A stretch of 11,375 bases of DNA. It comes from Nitrospinota bacterium (lineage in GTDB: Bacteria; UBA8248). Position 1 is the stretch's first letter; every line of letters begins with the position of its first letter. A program made the translations under genes and the position numbers. The notes under the pieces were generated by a model that made no database searches, had not been told where the DNA came from, and saw nothing but the letters and a program-made list of their open reading frames with translations. Below, in pieces: positions 8,042-11,375 of the stretch. The DNA is taken from NCBI GenBank assembly GCA_030754595.1, contig JASLZZ010000103.1, forward strand, positions 1 to 11,375. Reading direction: 5' to 3'.

Positions 8042-8070
8042 TTTCTGGAAGGCATTTCGGGCGGCCTGCC

Positions 8071-8718
8071 TCACCTGCCGAATTTCTTCATGTTCTCGAG
8101 TTCCTGCTCCATTTTCCTGAGCTTTGCCCGCTCTTTGTCCACCGCGCGGGCGAGGTTTTCCTCCTTGAGGGCGATGGCGCGTGCTCGGGCGAGACGGCGG
8201 CGCTTCTTGAGGAGAGATTCTTTCCGCCGTGAATCGCGCTCTCCGGCGATTTGACGATCAAGTTCGGCAACTTGGCTGCCCAATTCACCGGCGGATTTCT
8301 TGCGGGGGATGACGCGAAATTTTTTGTCCCCGCTGCTGCGGACCTGGGGCTCGGTGATGGGCTTGAGGCGGCCGGATTTGATGTCCTCATCGAAACCGGC
8401 GGAGGGGCGGGAGGCGAAGGCTCCTCGGGCCGGGTCCTGCGAGGACGCCGGGTCCTGCGAGGACGGCGTGGCCTTCGAGGACGCCCGATCGTCCGAGGAG
8501 GTGGTCTTGACCGTCACCTTTTCATCCGATGAAACGGACATCTTCCTGAAGGCCGACGATACGGTGTTTTTGGTGGTCTCGTAGGCCGAACTCACGGTTT
8601 GCCGGGTGCGCTCCCAGAAGCCCGAAAGGGAATTGCCCCCGGCGCCGCTGGCGCATCCCGCGAGGAAGACGAGCGAGACGGTGAAAACGAAATTGCGTCG
8701 ATGGTTTCGTAGCCACAT
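8071..8718 (-). CDS. Hypothetical lipoprotein with a Ser-rich linker and C-terminal coiled coil
   Basis: Basic N-terminus, hydrophobic stretch and lipobox LAGC; charged helical C-terminal region; lies 42 bp downstream of hflX on the same strand. Confidence 0.75.
   Translation of the reverse strand: MWLRNHRRNFVFTVSLVFLAGCASGAGGNSLSGFWERTRQTVSSAYETTKNTVSSAFRKMSVSSDEKVTVKTTSSDDRASSKATPSSQDPASSQDPARGAFASRPSAGFDEDIKSGRLKPITEPQVRSSGDKKFRVIPRKKSAGELGSQVAELDRQIAGERDSRRKESLLKKRRRLARARAIALKEENLARAVDKERAKLRKMEQELENMKKFGR
8429..8500 (-). repeat. In-frame 18-bp tandem repeat (two perfect and two degenerate copies)
   Basis: GCCGGGTCCTGCGAGGAC x2 at 8429-8464 plus degenerate copies, encoding TSSDDR-ASSKAT-PSSQDP-ASSQDP. 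Confidence 0.75.
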
Positions 8719-8760
8719 ATCGGATCCAAACCGGGCGGGGGAGGGGGTGCAAGAGGGCGA

Positions 8761-10485
8761 TTAGATGGCGGCCTGTTCGAATTCGGTTTCCTCTTCGGCG
8801 TCGCCCAACTCTCCGAGGCGGCGCGAGGCTTCCTCGATCAGGGGAGGAAGGCTTTCCGGATCGATTCCGCTGACGCCCACCCCGTTATGGCGGCGGCACA
8901 AATTGGCGAGCTGAATAACGCCGGTTCGATCCATTTTGTTGAAGATATGGAGAATTGGCGTGCTGCCCAGTCCGATTTCGACGAGGAGCCGTTCCACGGC
9001 GGCCAATTTTTCCTCGCATCCCGGATCGGAGGCGTCCACTACGTGGAGGAGCAGGTCGGCGTCCTTGAGTTCCTCGAGCGTGGACTTGAATGCACCGACC
9101 AGATCCTTGGGCAGATCGTGAATGAAGCCGACCGTGTCGGTGATGAGGACCTCCCGCTCGCTCGGAAGGCGAAGCCTTCGGCTTGACGTGTCGAGGGTTT
9201 CGAAAAGTTGATCGGCCACCGAAACCTCGCTCTTGGTCAGAGCGTTGACCAGGGTGGATTTTCCGGCGTTCGTGTAGCCGACCAGCGAGAGAATCGGCAC
9301 CCTGCGGCGGTTCCTGAGGCGCCGGCCCTGGGCGCGTTTCCGCTGAAGTTGATCGAGTTCGCGCTCGAGGCGGCGAATCCGCTCGTTGGCGCGCCGCCGG
9401 GAGACCTCGAGCTTGGTTTCCCCGGGGCCGCGCCCGCCGATGCCGCCCGTGAGGCGGCTCATCGCCGTGTGCTTGGCCGATAGGCGGGGGAGCATGTAGC
9501 GAAGCTGAGCGAGTTCGACCTGAAGCTTGCCCACGCGGCTCCTCGCACGCTGGGCGAATATATCGAGAATGATCTGGGTGCGGTCGAGAATTTTCAGATC
9601 CGTGAAATCGGCGAGACTCCGCACCTGAGAGGGGGAGAGTTCCTGCGCGAAGACGAGGGCCTCGGCTCCGGTTAGCATCGAGCGCATCAGAACATCGGCG
9701 AGGCGGCCCCGCCCGATGACAAAGCGGGGGTCGGCCGCCTTGCGGCGCTGTATCACCCTTCCGCAGGGGATGAACCCGGCGCTCTCCGCGAGGGTTTCGA
9801 GCTCGGTCAATTCAGAGTCCGTCCCCCAGCCCTCGCGGTTACCCAGATCAACGAGCACGAGCAGGGCGCGCTCGCCCGTATCGAACTGGGTCGAATCGTG
9901 CTGGAGCCGGGCGAATTCCTCCTCGATCGAGGCGATCAGGGCGGCGATGTCGAGATCGAGCCTCCCCATGTCGGGGAAGACCAATTGCTCCCAGGGCGGC
10001 GCTGAGCCGTTCTGCGCGGATTCCCCTACCTGGTCGGGGGCGGGGCCAATGTCTCCACCCGCGGCGGGGTGAATATGGGCGACATGAACGCGGCCCGTCT
10101 CCTCCTCGCCGAGCGCCTCGATGGCGGCCATCGCGTCCAGACGAAGAAGCGCCATGTCGGTCAAGTCCTCCTGGGAGAGCGGGGAGGGTTTAAGGTGGGT
10201 GTGGATGCATCTCAGGCCCCGAAGGCGGGTGGTCCCGGCGCGGGCGCGGCCCAGTTCCGGAATCTCGATTCCGCGGGCGTCGCCCACGATGACGTGGCGG
10301 ACCGCTCCCTGGCGGTCAACGAGAATCCCGATTTGGCGTGCGATTTCAAAGGAAAGGGCGGCGAGTTCCCGCCCCAGGTCCAGATGAACCAGCTGGGTGG
10401 CGGGTATTTTCCGGCGGTAGAGGCGCTCAAGGGCGCGAATCTGCTTGGATTTCAGGCCTGTCATCCGGCCGTGCAGTTTGGCGAT
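8761..10485 (-). CDS. hflX: GTPase HflX (long N-terminal form), probable ATC start at 10485; first ATG at 10464
   Basis: LQVELAQLRY, GGIGGRGPGETKLE, G1 GYTNAGKS, G2 LFETLD, G3 DTVGF, G4 NKMD; N-terminal extension GLK..QI..LERLY...RLRGLRCIHTH typical of long HflX. Confidence 0.95.
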   Translation of the reverse strand: MAKLHGRMTGLKSKQIRALERLYRRKIPATQLVHLDLGRELAALSFEIARQIGILVDRQGAVRHVIVGDARGIEIPELGRARAGTTRLRGLRCIHTHLKPSPLSQEDLTDMALLRLDAMAAIEALGEEETGRVHVAHIHPAAGGDIGPAPDQVGESAQNGSAPPWEQLVFPDMGRLDLDIAALIASIEEEFARLQHDSTQFDTGERALLVLVDLGNREGWGTDSELTELETLAESAGFIPCGRVIQRRKAADPRFVIGRGRLADVLMRSMLTGAEALVFAQELSPSQVRSLADFTDLKILDRTQIILDIFAQRARSRVGKLQVELAQLRYMLPRLSAKHTAMSRLTGGIGGRGPGETKLEVSRRRANERIRRLERELDQLQRKRAQGRRLRNRRRVPILSLVGYTNAGKSTLVNALTKSEVSVADQLFETLDTSSRRLRLPSEREVLITDTVGFIHDLPKDLVGAFKSTLEELKDADLLLHVVDASDPGCEEKLAAVERLLVEIGLGSTPILHIFNKMDRTGVIQLANLCRRHNGVGVSGIDPESLPPLIEEASRRLGELGDAEEETEFEQAAI

Positions 10486-10539
10486 AGGGCCGCTCTCCTT
10501 ATTGGGACGAACAGAGTATTCCGGCGATGCTATTCTGTA

Positions 10540-10568
10540 ATATTAGTGTCTTGCCCGGAACGCCGCAA
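10540..10568 (-). promoter_or_regulatory. Putative sigma70 promoter of hflX
   Basis: Minus strand TTGCGG-17 nt-TAATAT. Confidence 0.4.
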
Positions 10569-10607
10569 GGTGGGCCGAGGACGATGATCCTCAGGGAAGC
10601 CCCGTGT

Positions 10608-10637
10608 TTGACAGCTGGCGCGGGCGTAAAATAGAGT
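10608..10637 (+). promoter_or_regulatory. Putative sigma70 promoter of mgtE
   Basis: Perfect TTGACA at 10608-10613, then 18 nt, then TAGAGT. Confidence 0.45.
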
Positions 10638-10714
10638 GCAGTGCCTTTCGGCCGATCCGATGTGTCTTCAATGGGTTTTAGGGATCAGGCGGCAACCTTT
10701 TTGCGGAGAGCGTC

Positions 10715-11248
10715 ATGGTTCAGGAGCGCGACACCCGGCTTTTTCAGATCGAGGATATGATCCGTCGCCTTTTCCGGCGAAAGGCGGATGTCCACCTGAT
10801 CAACGCCCTCGCGAAAGTCCACCCCGCCGAAGCGGCCCAGATTTTCCGCAACCTCGAAACCGAGGAAAGGCAGGGGGCCTTCGCCGTCATCGCCGACGAT
10901 GAGCAGCGGGCCGAGATTCTCGCCGAGTGTGACGACCACATCGTCAGCGAACTGCTCGAACCGATGCCCAATGCGGAGATTGTCTCCCTCCTCAAGGAGA
11001 TCGGCAGCGACGACGCCCGCCATATTCTCGAGGCGCTTCCCGAGGAACGGGCCGGCCAAGTGGTCGAGCAGATGGACGTTCATGAATCGTTCGCCATCGA
11101 AGACATCATGGCCTACGCCCCCGATTCGGCGGGCAGCATCATGTCCGATTCCTTCGCTGCCTTCTATGAGGAGACGACCGTCGAGGAGGTCATCGGCGAT
11201 GTCCGGAAGGCGAGCGAGGTCGATTACGTATTTTATGGGCACCTCTAA
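10715..11248 (+). pseudogene. mgtE: Magnesium transporter MgtE, N-terminal part only, truncated by IS insertion
   Basis: MgtE N-domain (HPAEAAQI...SDDARHILEALP) and start of the CBS region (YAPDSAGSIM...TVEEVI...DYVFY). The frame then reads GHL-stop inside the IS end instead of the usual YVVD; the rest of the CBS region and the transmembrane domain are absent here. Confidence 0.85.
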
Positions 11249-11375
11249 AAACCTCCCCTATTTCATCTCTGATGTGATCCAATAGAATCCTCCCGCCCCG
11301 GAGGATAGATGATGACCTCACAGCCAGGATTTTTCGACCTTGATGCCCGGCATGCGCTTTTGAGTGATGGAGGCG
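11237..11375 (+). mobile_element. Left end of an IS5-family insertion sequence
   Basis: Abrupt junction at GGGCACCTCTAAAAACC (terminal inverted-repeat-like), shift to lower GC, followed by a transposase N-terminus. Confidence 0.75.
11309..11375 (+). CDS. IS5-family transposase, N-terminal fragment (MMTSQPGFFDLDARHALLSDGG...)
   Basis: QPGFFD...R...LS..G matches my recollection of IS5-subgroup transposase N-termini; SD GGAGGA at 11300-11305; frame is open to the window edge. The start may be the second ATG at 11312. Confidence 0.75.
   Translation, partial: MMTSQPGFFDLDARHALLSDGG

Noticed and set aside
10486..10540. Leader-peptide attenuator as in antibiotic-inducible hflXr
   Set aside because: The predicted leader is about 50 nt, with no convincing uORF or terminator hairpin.
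10638..10714. M-box riboswitch upstream of mgtE
   Set aside because: The predicted leader is only about 75 nt, shorter than an M-box, and shows no recognisable motif or terminator.
11230..11285. Programmed frameshift restoring mgtE
   Set aside because: The other frames after 11236 show no MgtE-like sequence; the DNA is IS-derived.

Overview
GC-rich bacterial chromosomal window, mostly metabolic and housekeeping genes. From left to right: the N-terminus of a minus-strand gene running off the edge; a ~600-bp AT-rich divergent intergenic region; an AhpD/CMD-family protein; an LLM-class (Mer-like) oxidoreductase; two orphan membrane proteins; a thioredoxin-like [2Fe-2S] ferredoxin followed by a Cys-type sulfatase; a two-domain M16 zinc peptidase; hflX followed by an orphan lipoprotein; and mgtE, cut at about 11237 by the left end of an IS5-family element that runs off the right edge. 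The main second-look items are a probable non-AUG (ATC) start for hflX behind a strong Shine-Dalgarno, the IS-disrupted mgtE with an SD-sequestering hairpin in the IS end, a CGAAA(AA)TGC motif found in all three convergent intergenic regions, and a Lys at a sulfatase metal-ligand position. I see no clear novel multi-gene system such as a CRISPR array, defence island or retron.
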